Of a stretch of DNA of 64,000 nucleotides, positions 1-15,672 are shown one piece after another. Position 1 is the stretch's first letter, and each line of letters starts with the position of its first letter. The stretch comes from the human T2T-CHM13v2.0 reference genome, Homo sapiens, in the NCBI RefSeq assembly GCF_009914755.1, contig NC_060939.1; one strand, written 5' to 3'. Position numbers and translations under genes: made by a program. A model generated the notes under the pieces. That model searched no databases. It saw only the letters and a list, made by a program, of their open reading frames with translations, and had not been told where the DNA came from.

Positions 1-174
1 AGCCCTCCTTGCCTATCAATTCTTTCTAGTTTCAAAACAGTGAATATGTACTATTTTTGCAATATAAAATTTCAATAAATGTTAACTCAAGCCAGATACA
101 TTCCTTCAGTCTGTCCTATATTTGTATGGTGCTCCAGAGTGCTCAAATATCATTTCATTAAAAAAATTTACTTA

Positions 175-311
175 TTTTTTTTCAAATATAGAAACAGGCA
201 GGGCTTTGCTCTGTTGACCAGGCTGGTCTTGAACTCCTAGATCCTCCTGGATCCTCCCACTTCCACCTCCCAAAGTGCCGGTATTACAAGTGGGAGCCAT
301 CCGGCCCGGCC
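175..311 (-). mobile_element. Alu monomer (FLAM/AluJ-like)
   Basis: Alu left-arm consensus, antisense. Confidence 0.8.
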
Positions 312-897
312 GGCTTCATTTGAGAAATATTTCCCCAGAACTCCATATATTATGAATAATTCCTTTCTTCTTGTTTAGATACCATCTTAGTCATATCTCT
401 GTTACCTCACTTGTCACATGATAATCAGTTGCTCACCCATCCATCTCCCTTGATTGCTCGAGAAGAGTCTGATTTTCAGCACCTTGAACAGTGTGCAATA
501 CATACATGCTTCATACGCAGAGAAGGAAATGATATCACTACAGTGTAATTATTCCCAGAATTCAATGCCCGTATTTGTAAATTGTTCCAGATACTCTGCC
601 AACAACCTGAGAATGTTATGTGTTTTCCCTAAAACTTCCATCCATTACTGAGTGTCTACGGTCATAGTTAACTCAGTTGCGATCTGACCTCTGGCCAAGC
701 CCATTCATAGCTTGTATTATAGGTGATTTTTAATTTTAATTTTTGATTTTGATAGTTTCCTTTTTGTTTTTTTAATCTAGCAGTGTTTGGTAAACTTCAA
801 CATCTCTATATCCCTGTGTCTTTGCACCTACTGGTCTCTGCTTGGAATAATAGCTCAAGGTTTTATTCACCTGGAAAAAATTTCTACTTACCCTTAA

Positions 898-1210
<313 letters not shown>

Positions 1211-2269
1211 ATCAGCTTAAATAATACCGTCTCTGAGAAGCCTTTATATCTTCCTATTCTTTCAGAAAGAGTTGAAAATTCCTCAACTCTTAAAACATTT
1301 GTGCCTCTATTATTATGTATCAGGCACTGAACTGAGTGCCTAGGAGACAAAGATGAAACTGTAGACCCTGCCCTCATGGAGTTCATGGTCTAGTATGGAA
1401 AACAGCCATATGAACAAATAACCATACTGTAGGTCTTCAGAGCTCAAACCCTATCCTAAATACTGCTAAATTAATATTCTGTGAGGTTTTGAAATTACTA
1501 GGGCCAGAGACAATATCGCTGTTTGGATGACTTTCCATCCAAGTTAACATTCGGCCCTCATCATCAAAGGTGGTATGTGTGTACCTCTTCCTTGCAACCC
1601 ACCAGGGCCTAACACATCATATACCCACTTTTGAAATTAGGAAACAGCCTCAGAAGTCCAAGAGCTTGACCAAAGTAACTCAGCTGGTAGGTAGCAGAAC
1701 CAGGTCGGTATGATTCTTCTTCAATATCCTCCAAGTTATATGGGCAAGTGGCCTCAAAATCAACAAAAGACAAGTAGAGGTTGACATGCATTAATGGAGA
1801 GAGGCTCAAAAGGAAGAGTTTATACACAAGAATAGAACAGAAATGTTCCAGAAGTATGTCTGGGGATGTGAAGTAGGAGGGGGCACACCAGGTTTCACCT
1901 TGGTCAAGTGAATCTATAATTCCAACCTGGGCCTCACCCCTGAGCTCCAGACTTAGCTATCTGTTTTTCTCACTCTAATATAAAATCCATAGGGCAGGAC
2001 TTAATCTCTAGGTTGTTCATCACAAATTAAAGCAGAGTCTGGTTTATAGTAAGTACTTAATAAATAAGTAAACAAACTATCAAAGAAGCTAAAGAAACAT
2101 TCTACACTCTTGGGGGAAGGGATTACCATGAAATGCCATCTGTCTTTTTCCTACTTTTCAGTATTTGGGGTGTTCTTCATTGAAAAAGATTAGCTTCTTG
2201 AATGTTCCAGATAGGAAGAGAGAGGGAGAGGGAGAGAGACAGGAACAGAGAGAAGTTTCATATTTTAAC

Positions 2270-3290
2270 TATGGTTCAATTCTAAGCATTCTAAAATTGT
2301 ATTGAGTTTTTTATACCATGAATTACAAGGGTGTTTAATTTCCAAATTCATGTAGCTTTTTGTTAATCTCTTCATTATTGCCTTCTAACCTTAATTGCTT
2401 CATATTTAAATTATAAATTATATGGTGTGGATGGTACCAATTGTTTTTAAATCTTCTGACTTGCTTTACGAATTAATATATAATTAATGTTTCTCCCACA
2501 GTCCACATATGCTTGAGAAGAATATAGAATATCTAATTATTGGGTACAAAGGCCTATATTTGTCCATTACACCATGTCCATTCACTGGTTATTCAAATCT
2601 ACATATGGGCATTCTGTGTAACTTACTTATGGTAAGCAGGGTATGGTGAAATCTCCAAATATGCTGGCAGACTTGTCAATTTCTCCCTGTGGTTTTATCA
2701 GTTTTTCTCCTGCATTTTGAGGCTATTTTGACAGGTACATAAAATATGAAAATTGCTACATCCTCCTAATTAACAGTCAGCATCAAGTTTCTTACTAATG
2801 CTTTCTGTTCCAAAATCCTTTTTTGATACTGAAGCTCCATCACTTGTTTTTGGTTAATGTATACTGCCATATCTTCATTACTCTCTCTCCTTTATAAAAA
2901 CTTTCAATCTTCTCATATCCTTATATTTTAAATATGATGGATTAAAACAGCTGGATATTCTTTTATTAGTTCCACCTAACTGGTAACTTTAGTCCATTTA
3001 CATTTGTTGTGACTGATTTATGTGGACTTCCTTCTATTGCCTTTAGAACTTCTATTTCTCTCACTTTCTAATATAATTTTAATATCTCCTCCTGGGATTC
3101 CACTAAGACATATTTTAGACCTCATTCTGGTCTCCCTCCCCCTACAACCCCACCAACTTCTGCCCTATCATCTATCCTCATGTCTCTCTGTGTAACATAC
3201 TGACTCACTTTTGGGAGATAATTGTCTAACCAACTAATTCTTTCTTCTGATGTCTAATCCATCCACTGAGTTTTTTATTTCAACAATTAC
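2270..3290 (-). mobile_element. Ancient L1 (L1M-type) fragments
   Basis: Degenerate T-rich L1-like motifs; boundaries rough. Confidence 0.5.
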
Positions 3291-3294
3291 ATTT

Positions 3295-3622
3295 TTTATT
3301 TCTTTATTTCATTTTATTCTGAGACGGAGTCTCACTCTGTCACCCAGGCTGGACTGCAGTGGCATGCACGTGCAGCCCTTGCCTCCTGAGCTCAAGTGAT
3401 CCTCCCTCCTCAGCCTCCTGACTAGCTGTGACTACAGACACGTGCCCCATACCCAGCTACTTTTTTTTTTTTTTTTTTTTGGTGGTGTTGGGGTATTTTT
3501 TACAGAAACGAGTTCTCACCATGTTGCCCAGGCTTGTCTCCCCAACTCCTGGGCTCATACCATCCTCCCACCTCGGCCTCCCAAACAGTGCTGGGATTAC
3601 AGGTGTGAGCCACCAGACCCAG
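3295..3622 (-). mobile_element. AluJ-like
   Basis: Alu dimer consensus, antisense. Confidence 0.88.
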
Positions 3623-4609
3623 CTATATATTTTATTTCTGTAAGTTCTAGTTCATCCATTTTCTTTTCAGGTCCTCCTCCTCATTCCTGGTGGCCTTTCT
3701 GTTGCTCAATTTAATGAGTCCATCTTTCTTTTATATTAGGTTTGACATGTAACTATTTTCTCACAATTCTAATATTTGAAGTCTGTGTTCTGTATCTGAT
3801 AATTCCAAAACCTAGTCTTTGGGAAACATATTCATTGTTTCTAACAATTCTCAAATATGTTGGGTTGAGACTACTTGAATGCTATGATTTGACTGAAATC
3901 ATATTTGCCTGCTTTTAATCTTTGGGAATCCTACAGGCTTAAGTTAGAGATGTTTTCCTACAAAAAGTATCTGTGTCTGCTTCTGATGAGAGCTGTGGGT
4001 ACAACTAACATGAGACCACTTTACCACCATGCATAATCCTGACATCCTCTTGGATTCTCTTGGAGCATCTCAGCATTACACAAGGTTCTCAGATCTGGCT
4101 CCCCACCCTTGCTCATTTATACACAGAAGACTAGACTGCTTAGTATAGGTGGTGACTCACTTCCTGCTACCCTGGAAAAAACAAAACGGATCTCTCATCT
4201 GAATGTGATCACAGACTAGGAAATTCTGAAGGTGAATAACTAGAGGCTGTGGGCAGCAGGCAAAGATAGGTGTCTTTCCTGACCATAGAAATAGGTCAGA
4301 AGCTGCCCTAAAGGCTGTGTGCTACAGCATTTCACTATTTAGCTCAACTACCATTCCCTCCATAAGTGTGAGTGGAAGTTTCTTAGAGCACCATATTGCC
4401 TTTAAACAAAACCAAATTTTTGCTCAAAAGTCATGGTCATGGAAAACAAAACAAAACAAAACAAAAAAAACCCCTCTGGCTTTGGAAGACTTTCTCAGTA
4501 ATGTCCTGGAATTAAGGTTACAGCCTGCATTTCATGTTAACTGAACAGAAAACCAGCCTCCAACATCCTTCTGCCCCGTGGCTTGCTCTCAGCTCCTCTT
4601 GGTTGGGCC

Positions 4610-4760
4610 TAGGGCAGTCAGACTGTCTGGTTCCAATCCTTGCTCTGCCACCTGTGACTTTGGACAAGTTACCTACCTTCAGTTGCCTCATCCGTAAAAT
4701 GCAGATATTAATAATACCCTCTTTTAAAGTTATTAAGAGGATTGAAAGAGCTAATAAAAA
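4610..4760 (+). mobile_element. MIR
   Basis: MIR core motifs (tgtgactttggacaagttacct...ctcatccgtaaaatg). Confidence 0.75.
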
Positions 4761-5208
4761 GTAAAAAATAAAAAGACTTGGTAAGCATAGGCACAGAGGG
4801 AAACAAAAAAAGTAAAAATAAGTAAATAAAAAGACTAGTGCCTAGCACATAAAAGTTCATCAGGAATTAATTTTATAACATGAACTCAATTTTGCAAAAC
4901 TTCAAAGTACATATAACTTTTACTATGGTATACATAACAATAATAAATTTACAACTGTAGACATGTTTCTCTACAGTAAATATAACAAAGACTAAACAAT
5001 CAGATACTAAATCATTAAGTGATTATCAGTTAGTAACTTTAATTTTCTTACACTTCTATATTTTCTATAGATCATCTTTTTAACAAAAAGAAAACAAACC
5101 AAATGAAAATGAAATGAATTCTCTCAAAAAGAATTAAGATAGGAAGAAGGCTCACAAAGTAGCATAAAATATATCTTATGGTTTATGTAAAATTCTTAAT
5201 AAAAGTAC

Positions 5209-5304
5209 CTTCTTTGCTCCAAGCTGCACTCTGGCTTTGCCTTTGACTCAGGTGGCTTTTATTTGCATGATGACTGATTCTATCGAGTAGGCACTGCTTC
5301 AGCC
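5209..5304 (-). pseudogene. UBE2Q2-like exon 11 (G*SSAYSIESVIMQIKAT*VKGKARVQLGAKK), two stops
   Basis: CTGTAG|GGC ... AAG|GTACTT; 96 nt; two in-frame TGA codons. Confidence 0.93.
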
Positions 5305-5522
5305 CTACAGGAAGAACAAAACATCTCTAGAGCACAGCAGCGTTCCTGATTCCCACTTGAGAAGGCCTAACAAAATGGCATACAACTTAACAGTAGCAGA
5401 CCAGTGTTAAAAAGTCTGGAGTCAAGGGGAAAAGGTAAAATTGGAATGTTTCCAGAATCTCACAAAAAAAAAACAACAAACCGATGTTCTAAGTGCCCAA
5501 CATGAACAAATTAGAACCTTAA

Positions 5523-5879
<357 letters not shown>

Positions 5880-6046
5880 ACCTTTTTCATTCTTGAAAGT
5901 AGGAGCTACGGAAAAAAGCAAAACAAAACAAAACAAACAAAAAACCACTAAAATGTCTTTAAGAGAGCCATCTACTTACGATCTAACTTACATAATCAAA
6001 ACACTCTATTCAGGGTGAAAATTGAGTATAATAAGAAAATAATCAC

Positions 6047-6095
6047 CTGTTTTGTGAGAGGTTCCATATATAATGCTCCTCTACCCAATACATAC
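6047..6095 (-). pseudogene. UBE2Q2-like exon 10 (YVLGRGALYMEPLTKQ), catalytic Cys replaced by Tyr
   Basis: AAG|GTATG ... CAG|GTGATT; TAT at 6070-6068 aligns with the Cys of the recalled parental motif GGALCMELLT. Confidence 0.92.
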
Positions 6096-8169
6096 CTTAA
6101 AAAGAAAAAAGGAAACATACAAAATTACCTTGAGGAGTATTCCTGCTTAAACAATTTCCATGTGGCATTATTAAGAAAGTATGCACACAGTAAAGATAAG
6201 AAGAGAACACGTAAGCATGAACATACTTGTTAGGCATATAGGACTATGGGTAATTTAAAAATTCTAATGGTATTACTCTCATGTAATTGCTCTGAAATTC
6301 TAGTCAATTGTTTGAAACGGCAATCAGAACAGAATACTTTAAAATTTTTATGTCAAAAACTAAGAACTTGGCCCTAAATATTCCAAAGAATAGGGGCAGA
6401 AGAACCCATTTCCTTAAATGGCATTTGAGTATTCTTTACAATGGAAACTTTCTCTCCCATCCTGTGATTGCCAAGAGTTTTTCCTCTGACAATGGCACTG
6501 ACCCTACCCTATCCAAAATATGAACATCTGCATGGTTTCATGGTTCAAATTGTTTTTATCCATTCTGTTGTGAGAATCGAATGGTTCACACCATGCGGCT
6601 CCTCTCTGGGACTCCTCAAGTCCTTTCTAGGTCTGAAGACTGTTCTCTGAACCAAAGACAACTTCTGGGGATGTACCAAATCTCCCATTAGAAAATTATT
6701 TAGCTCAAGATGCTTTAACCTTTTAACTCCTTCTCAAACAAAATAATTTCATTTCTCCTCTAACGTTATTTTAAATTTCAAAATACACAGATAGCATGCC
6801 TAAAGTAAAATCAAGGGAATGATAGTTTTAGAACAAAAACTGTGGTAATTTTGAAAACACAAAAGCTAAGACCACTGATTAGATCTATGTGGACACCAAG
6901 TCCATCACAAACTGTTCTGTCCTCCGGGGCTCTGCCCACACCTTTCCCTTGCTTGAGATTCCTTCTGCTTCCTACCCTTCCAAATGCCGTATTTCCCCCA
7001 AGAAGACTCGCCAAGACCACTCTAGCCTGCACATCTTCCATTCCAGCTAACCAAAGGCATCCTTGCATTGACTAAACCAAATTATTTTGCAGAGAAGGCA
7101 TCTAAAAACTTCTACTGTAGACCATTCACCTTAATAATTGTTTTCATGACATTATTCAATAATAAAATGAGGGAAAGAAGTCTTCTTTAACTCCCTTGCC
7201 CTGGAGAATCCAAGCAAGTGTCTTTCCCACTTGCTTTGCCCAAACCCTGGGAACTTTCAAAGTGAAAGTTTAATGGAAGGAAAAGAAAATCTAAAAGAAA
7301 AACTCTCCAAAAAATTAAACTCAGGTAAAGAATCATGGGATTAAAAATTTTTATTCTTTGTGTATTTGATTTCTGAAACATAGAAATCTATCTCTCACTC
7401 CTTAAATCTGCCACTGAGCTAAAAGAGTATTGTATATAATGTGCACTCACTGATTTAACAGAATTAGAACATCCAGGCACTCACTCAGATTTTGGTTCCA
7501 CAACTGCTCAAAGTCTAGTCATTAGTTAATGGGTTAACACCACACTTGATCTTCAAATTTTGGAGATGCTGATGGTAGACAGGAACTTGTTTTGGGAAAA
7601 GGAAGTATATTGTAGACATTGTCACCCATTATCCAACCATCACCACCTTTCCTTTAAAGTACCCCACTCTTCCTTTAAGGTTGCAGAGTCTCAGAAAGTG
7701 GGAAGAAAGGAAGTTTTTGCATTTTCAGGTCAAAAGACAGTACATTTGTACAACCGCATAATACCTATGCAAATGTTTGTTGAAATCTAAACAGAAGACA
7801 GAAGTAGTTCTAGTACCTTCACTAGATAAGTAAGATAAGTAAACTTTTCCTTAATATACACTTTCAGCAGCGTTGACGCCTAAAAGTGGTCGACTCCACT
7901 ACTGTATTAAATGACATTCATTTTGTCAATATGTGTTCCAAATTCTTACTGCTCTTTGTCTCCAAAGGGGGGTTCCTACTGAATATTGAGACAGTTCAAG
8001 AATACTAGGGAAAAAAATTCTAATAATTGAAGTAAGGGTCATCTAAGGATAATATGCCACATATACAGACACAGTAATATTTTCAACTTAAAAAAAATTC
8101 AGTTATCAAAGCTGTACAGCAAACTATCCTAAGCTTTGCCTCTTCAGGCATTTGTTTTATAATCACTTC

Positions 8170-8460
8170 AAAGAAAAGTCAGTCACAAAATGCCACATTT
8201 TGTTTGATTCTATTTATATGAAATATCCCGGATAGGCAAATCTACAGAGACAGAAATTAGATCAGAGGTTGCCAGGATGAACGGTGGGGGAGACGAGCAC
8301 ACAGAGCGACTGCTAATGGGTATGGGGTTTCTTTTTGGGGAGAAGAAAGGGTTCTGAAATTAGCTAATGGTAATGGCTGCATAACTCTGAATATACTAAA
8401 AACCACTGAACTGTACACTTCAAAGGGTGAGGCTTATCATATAAAAGCTGTATCACAATA
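8170..8460 (+). mobile_element. L1M 3' end
   Basis: Typical L1MB-type 3' motifs (ataggcaaatctacagagacagaaa...aaccactgaactgtacac). Confidence 0.75.
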
Positions 8461-9296
8461 GTTTAAAAATGTTTGGGTATGTCAAGAAATAAACAATAGG
8501 ATCATAGCTCAAAGATATGGGATATAAAATATATGGAACAAAACTGCTCAATAATCTATCTAGAATCACACAACACTTAAGCTTTACCCTGACTAAAATT
8601 GCAAGCCTGGTGTTTTATTGGTATTTCACATTTTTTACTTCTTCCTAAGTCAGCCAATAATTCCTCCTCCTTACTTAATATTTGACTATGAAGACCAAGC
8701 CATTTTGATTCTGCCTCCAATGGGCTTTCACATTTCATTCCTCCTTCCACTCCCATGACTACCACACCTATGTAAGTTCTCCTCACTTCACTCTAAGACA
8801 ACAGCATGGCCCTCAACTACTGTCACACTCTTCTAGGCTCTGTGAGCACAATGTGTCTCATATTCTCTTCTGCTGTCACCAGATTTATTCGAAAACAGTT
8901 TCTTTACTCTTACTCCCATTTCTCAACCAGTTACATAGAAAGATGAATATCCAGGGGTAATAGTTTACTTACCTGAAAAAAAAAAATCTGTCACCAATCC
9001 ACAGAACTGTTTGAGTACAAAATATTACATCCGCAATATTTCCTACAACTCTTCTACATGAATCCTACCCTCCTTGCGTTATAGCTCAAATTGGTTTCGT
9101 ATACTCTGAATTCCTCATTCTCTTTCCTAGATACCTGATTGTGTTTACTCTTCACCTACGTAAATAATTTTCCTGCAGCCTCCACCAGCTGACCAAACCC
9201 CACTCACATTTCACTGCCCAGCTGAGATCCCACCTACTTCATGAAGAGCAACTCTTTGCAGCTTTAAACCTCAGAGAAATTAAGTCCATGCTTAGC

Positions 9297-9599
9297 TTTT
9301 CTTTTTCTTTTTTGTTCAGATGCAGTTTATCTTTGTCACCCAGGCTGGAGCGCAGTGGCACAATCTCAGCTCACTGCAATCTCTACCTCCCGAGTTCAAG
9401 CGATTCTCCTGACTCAGCCTCCTGAGTAGCTGGGATTACCAGTATGCACCACCACATCTGGCAATTTTTTTGTATTTTTGGTAGAGATGGGGTTTCACCA
9501 TCTTGGCCAGGCTGGTCTTGAACCCCTGACCTCAAGTGATCCACCCGCCTCAGCTTCCCAAAGTGCTGGGATTATAGGTGTGTGCCACCGTGCCTGGCC
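9297..9599 (-). mobile_element. AluS
   Basis: Full dimer; TSD CATG(C/G)TTAGC. Confidence 0.92.
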
Positions 9600-11017
9600 C
9601 ATGGTTAGCATATGATAATCCATGCGGAACTTATAGTTCTTAGTACTTTTAATCTCCTCTTATATAGCTGGCATTTCATATAATGAAAAACACTTTACTA
9701 GGAATCAGAAGATTTATTTAGGTAAGTCACAAGCTGACTTATTATTCAAATTATTCATCCAAATAATGAGGACCATAACACACTGTGGCAAAAAAGAATC
9801 AATGAAGAAACTATGTAACAGATTTTAAAACTGAAAATGGCATGATTCATAACCTCATGTATTTGTCTCGATTCTAGGTGGTATACTAAGATCATAAACT
9901 TACATTCTTGGGATTCTTACAACCAAATGTTGAAAAGCTATACTGGTCTATTTTATAATCACATTTTAAAATGTTTTCATACATTTATCCTGAATTTGCA
10001 GATTTTTATGCAAATCTTTTCTTTGATCATTTTTTTTTTTCTCAAATAAGATTCTGAACAAAAAATGACCTGTTTTCCTTTCCCTATGCTTATGGGGATA
10101 TTGAGTCAACATACACAATTTTATAAACCAGCACATAAAACTAAAGCACAATACTTATGTCCTTTCTCCCCAATCAGGAAGGGCTTCATTAAAAAGACAT
10201 TTTGAAATTCAACTATGACAAACAAAAGAACTATGGCTTGGTGGCTAGTTAAAGGCTGCTGTAGTGAGCAAGAGACACAAAGGTTAAACATTTACTATTT
10301 TTCAGTCTTGTGTTTATTTTGTATACGTAAGTATTTGGCTGGGTTACCTAACACTGAACTTCCAAAGCTGACCATTAGGTTGTATGCCAAGAGAAGTACT
10401 TTTTATAGCAATTTTACTGCCAAAACCAAAACAGCCTAGAAAAGATTTAAAGGTAACAAAATAGTACACAATTCTAAACAACTCTGCTTCACACCCAACC
10501 TGGGACTTCCACTCCCCGTAATAGTATATTTGTGATCAACTTTGTAACAAGCTGTCAAAGGGAGACCTCTGACATCTGCTCAGGAAGGAATCACTTCAGC
10601 ATGTCCTGCTCTGTACCAGAAAACGCATGGGGATCACTCAGAACTCCAGATTTCCAACAGAGCAGCATTTCCCAGAGTAAGCCAGAAGACACCATCCTCT
10701 GAGATGTTGTCAGGAACACTAATAAACAAATTTGGGAAAAATAGAAAATGGCATTAAGGCTCCAAGAAGTCCTTTGGTAAAAGACATTTTGAAGCTGCCT
10801 TCCCCAAAACCTTGCAATCCCCACAAAACAAATATCTATTACCATACCACTATATTAGCACTCACAGAACATTTGGGGAGATATGGCAAAGATTAGGCTG
10901 CAGGCGTCAGGTAAGTAAACTCTTAAAACACAATATTGAAAAAAATAGAAATTTAAAAATTAAAACAGAAAAGCAAAAGATAAGTAAATAAATAAAAAAT
11001 TTTAACAAACAACATTG

Positions 11018-11325
11018 GGCTGGGCAAAGTGGCTCAGACCCATAATCCTAATACTTTGTCAGTCTCAGCAGGGTGGATCGCTTTAGCCTGGGAGTTCGAG
11101 ACCAACATGAGCAACATGGTGAAACCCTGTCTCTATCAAAAATACAAAAATTAGCTTGGTATGCTGGCATACGACTGCAGTCCCAGCTTCTCAGGAGGCT
11201 GAGGTGGCAGGATGGCTTGAGCCTGGGAGGCAGAGGTTGCAGTGAGCTGTGATTGCACCACTCACTCCAGCTTGGGGCAACAGAGAAAGACCCTGTCTCA
11301 ATAAAATTAAGTAATTAAATAATAA
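11018..11325 (+). mobile_element. AluJ-like
   Basis: Diverged Alu dimer. Confidence 0.9.
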
Positions 11326-12125
11326 AACCAATATTCCTTTACTGTGTGGGGAAACTCAAAATGAGCTCAGCACATCCACATGTAATACTAAGGTTTTTTT
11401 TTTTTAACCCACACTTCTTGTTTCTCTGAACTTTTACACACGGATATCATGTCCAGACAACTATTCCGTAGTATCAGCACCACAGTTAATATGTATTCTG
11501 ATTATGCAAAATGATTCTTAACAGGATCTTAGCCCCCAAAACACATGCATAAGTATGTAAAGCAAATACAACTAAAAATAACTGTAGCAACAAAGCTCTT
11601 CTGGAGAAAAGTTCTGAAGTCTGAAGTAGTCACTCATATTTTTACCCTAAATGCAACTATTACTATCTCAACCATAGAAATGATCAAAGTAAGGGCTGGA
11701 GATATTTAGATTTTAATCACCATAAGGTGGATTATGTCACGTAATGGAATTAGTCAGCTGAGTATTTGAAAATCCTCAAGTTACTTTAAATTGCTCATAC
11801 TTTAAGGGTCTACAGAACATTTCATAACTAACCTAGCAAACTGTGACTTTTCCCCACTTCTGTAAGACTTCCAATCACAAAAAAGAAGCAATACAAATTT
11901 CAGTAAAACTGCATGACAATTACCATTTGATTCTACTACACTGCAACTATCACCTCTAGAAGTAATCAGCCAGCTCCATAGGTCCATGGGATTTCCCATG
12001 ATTATTCCTAGAAGTACTAATTAGGATCATAGGTATGTGGGGGACCACTCTGTAATCATAACGTTCTCTAAACCTTCAATCACAATTTACATTTGAAAAA
12101 TCTTTGGTTTTTATGATAAAAAAAG

Positions 12126-12212
12126 TATGTATGAATATATATATATATGTGTGTGTGTATGTGTAAATATGTGCGTGTGTGTGTATATATATGTGTATAT
12201 ATGCATATATAT
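12126..12212. repeat. Compound (TA)n/(TG)n microsatellite
   Basis: Directly visible. Confidence 0.9.
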
Positions 12213-12254
12213 AACACTAAAATCTCTACCTATCAACAACATAATGCTTTATAA

Positions 12255-12400
12255 CCAGTGGTTCCAGATGTAGGCCCCAGAACAACAGTATCAGTTTCAC
12301 CTGGGAACTTCTTAAAAACGTAAATGCTCAGGCAACACCACAGACCTACTGAATCTGAAACCCTGGGACTAGCTCTCCAAATGATTCTGGTGCACACTAT
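12255..12400. mobile_element. MER5-type hAT MITE
   Basis: cagtggttc...cacctgggaactt...cagacctactgaatctgaaac motifs. Confidence 0.7.
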
Positions 12401-12417
12401 ATTAAAAAAAAAAATGT

Positions 12418-12570
12418 AGCCCAGGCACAGCAGCTCATGCCTGTCATCCCAGCACCTTGGGAGAGCAAGGTGGGAGGATCACTTGAGCCCAGGAGTTCAA
12501 GAACAGCCAGAACAACATAGTGAGACCTCATCTCTACAAAAAAATTTTTTAAACTAAAAAAAAAAAAAAA
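12418..12570 (+). mobile_element. Alu monomer (FLAM)
   Basis: Left-arm consensus plus A tail. Confidence 0.85.
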
Positions 12571-12606
12571 AGCATTTCAAGTAATCACTTAATCACTTAA
12601 ACTTAT

Positions 12607-12665
12607 GCTCCTGAGAGAACAGGTAACACCACTCAAACAAATGGAGGATCAAATGGAAAGTTATC
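12607..12665 (-). pseudogene. UBE2Q2-like exon 9 (DNFPFDPPFV*VVLPVLSG), disabled
   Basis: TGA at 12635-12633 where Arg is expected; the donor reads ATAAGT instead of GTAAGT. Confidence 0.93.
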
Positions 12666-12929
12666 CTAAAAAGCAAATAAGCAAGTTTAATTAATTTTAA
12701 GAACATCGTTAATACTATATACTATTTAGAAGATTTTAAAAGAATCTATAAAAGAATATGTACATTTATTATCAGATAATGGGTGAGAGTCATAAAGGTA
12801 AAATTAGTACAGAAAAAATGAAATGAAAACCAAAGCAAATAAAAATGAAGTTAAAATCAGGCCCAAACAGAACAGTGTTATGGTAAACTTATGTAACATA
12901 TGAAGGGGTTTCACTTCAATAGAACTATA

Positions 12930-14070
12930 TAAAGGAACCATTGCAATAATGATAGAGTAGGTAACTTAGATCAATCCTCTCACTGAGAACTAGAAAGGTG
13001 GACAAAATGTAATGATTACAGGGCTGAGAAAAGGGAATACCAGAGAACAGGGTCTTCTTTTTTACACCTTGGGTTTTCTTCCAATGACAGCAGAGAAGAA
13101 GAGGTTAACAAGCTGAGCTAGAACTCACAGCCTCACAGAGCTCACAGGGAGATAAACATTGGAGCTCAGCATCCACCGAGGAGAGGCCCTGCTAAGTCTC
13201 CCACTCCTTAGGTTGGGAATCTGAAGAGCAAACTGCAAAATGCCCCAACAGGGAATGATGGCCAGCTTTAATCATCTCAATCCCTGATTGTTAATTTCCA
13301 AGCCCCTGGCAGGGGAAATGTAAATCCTCTCTGGAGAAGAATATCATCCAAGGCTTCAAATTAGCTCTACAATTTTTCCATATATAATGTCTATCACTAA
13401 AAATAGAAAGCCACATGAGACTTAAAGATGACATAACAGAAAACAAGAGAAGCAAACAACAGACACAAAACCACAAGGGATCGAGATAACAGAGTTAGCA
13501 GACACACTTCAAAATAACTGCCGAACATGAGCAAGGAAAGATGGGACAAGACTGAAAACCTGGCAGAGAAACGCAAATTATAAAATGAACCATATGAAAT
13601 TCTGCAATTTAGAACTACCAAAACTGAAATTAATAACATAATGGATAAGCTTAACCACATCAGTAACCTAGCAGAAGACAGATTCAGTAAACTGCAAAAA
13701 GGTCAGAAAGACAAAAAGGTGGAAAATTGAGAAAATAAAAGACAACATATTGAAAAGTTTATCACATACGTAGAGCACTGGAAGAAAAACAAGAATGGGA
13801 CAGAAGCAAGAGCTGAAGATATGGTTGTGGAGAATTTCCCAAAACTGATCAAAGACTTCACAAGATTTAACCACCATAAACACTTCAAGAGAAACAATGG
13901 AAGCTGGCATAAGAGAATGATATCTGCCAAGTGCTGAAAGAAGGAAACTGCCCATCTAGAGACTTACGCTCAATGAAGATACTCTTCAATGATGAAATAA
14001 AAAGCAAGGATTTTTTCTATCTGCAGACTCACACTAAAGGAAATACTAAAGGATATTTTCAGACAGGAGA
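12930..14070 (+). mobile_element. Ancient L1 5'/ORF1 remnant
   Basis: A-rich L1 ORF1-like motifs (gagaatttcccaaaactgatcaaagac; aagtgctgaaagaa). Confidence 0.65.
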
Positions 14071-15316
14071 AAGAGGATCCTCTACATCAAAACCTGGGGA
14101 CTCTATTCCATAAGCTCTGTACCCTGGAACTCAGGAATCAAGATTTTACAGAAATAAAAAGAGTTCTTCAGGGAGGGGAAAATAAAGGTTGAGGGTGACT
14201 GGTAAAATTAAGTTTGAGTTACCTTAGTATATTTTAACTCAGAACCAGACTCTCAGGCTCTACAAGGATCTCATGAAGTTATCTGATTTCCCATTTGACA
14301 TCTCAGCCTTCTAAGTTATTCTTAAAGATGAAGAACATTCTAGTTTTCAAAGACTACATCACCAGATGGGTCTAAATAGTTACAAGTCACTTCCTTACAT
14401 TGAGTTGAAAATCACCTCTTTGTAATTTGACTTATTAGTTCTAGTTTTATGCCCTGCCTTCACCAAAAAAAATAAAAACTAATGCTTCCATATACATACT
14501 CTTTCAAATAGTTGAAGACAATCTATCATGAACCAGAACCCCCATGTTTTCCTCTCCAAATCCACAATTTCACCAGCTATCCTAGGACATGGAAAAGAAT
14601 CTCTTCCCAATCCTGGCTATTATTCTCTAAATGAACCTAACCTTATCTAAGTAGACCTTTCTTAAAGTGCTACCTCAGAATTCAATTCGGTAATTCTGAT
14701 GTTGCCTGTAACATCAGAAAACGACTTCCTTAAAAGTACAGCAAGTTGGATTTACCAAGTTGCTGACCAGGGCACATTCCCTCCTGCAGTCACTCCCATC
14801 TTTGTGTTATACTTTATCTCAAGTTCAATTTTGCTTATTATTCACGACTCTCAAGTTGTCACTGTGGACATCAGAGGCCATAAACATATTGTTCTGGCTC
14901 TTTCCTGTAAATCTTTCTGAGTCATACCTGCTAATCTCCAAAGTCTGTGAATCCCAATACTAATAACTTGGCAATTCAGTTTAAGGTCCTCTTCAGAAGG
15001 TCAGTTAGCTCAAGGCAATCACATTCTTCCCAGGCCTCTTAAGAAATACTCCAACCCCAGAAAAGGCCCTTCTGTCTGGTATCAGGAGCCATGGGCCACA
15101 AACACAAATCCAATAGCATTTCAGCCATTTACCTCCCAGATCATCCCCTCCCTGAAGTTCTAACTAGAGCAGGAAAAAATAATGAAAACACCACCTGCAG
15201 TCACAAATCCTCCAGTTTCCTGGCCAAGATTTCATATTCCCTTCAAGATACCTCCCAAAGAGGACATGACAAGGGAGGGGCACAGAGGGTGCTACAGGTA
15301 CTGATAAGGTTCTATT

Positions 15317-15672
<356 letters not shown>

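Noticed and set aside
11915-11933. Plus-strand GACAATTACCATTTGATTC resembling the start of exon 9
   Set aside because: Short chance match on the wrong strand; the true exon 9 is at 12607-12665.
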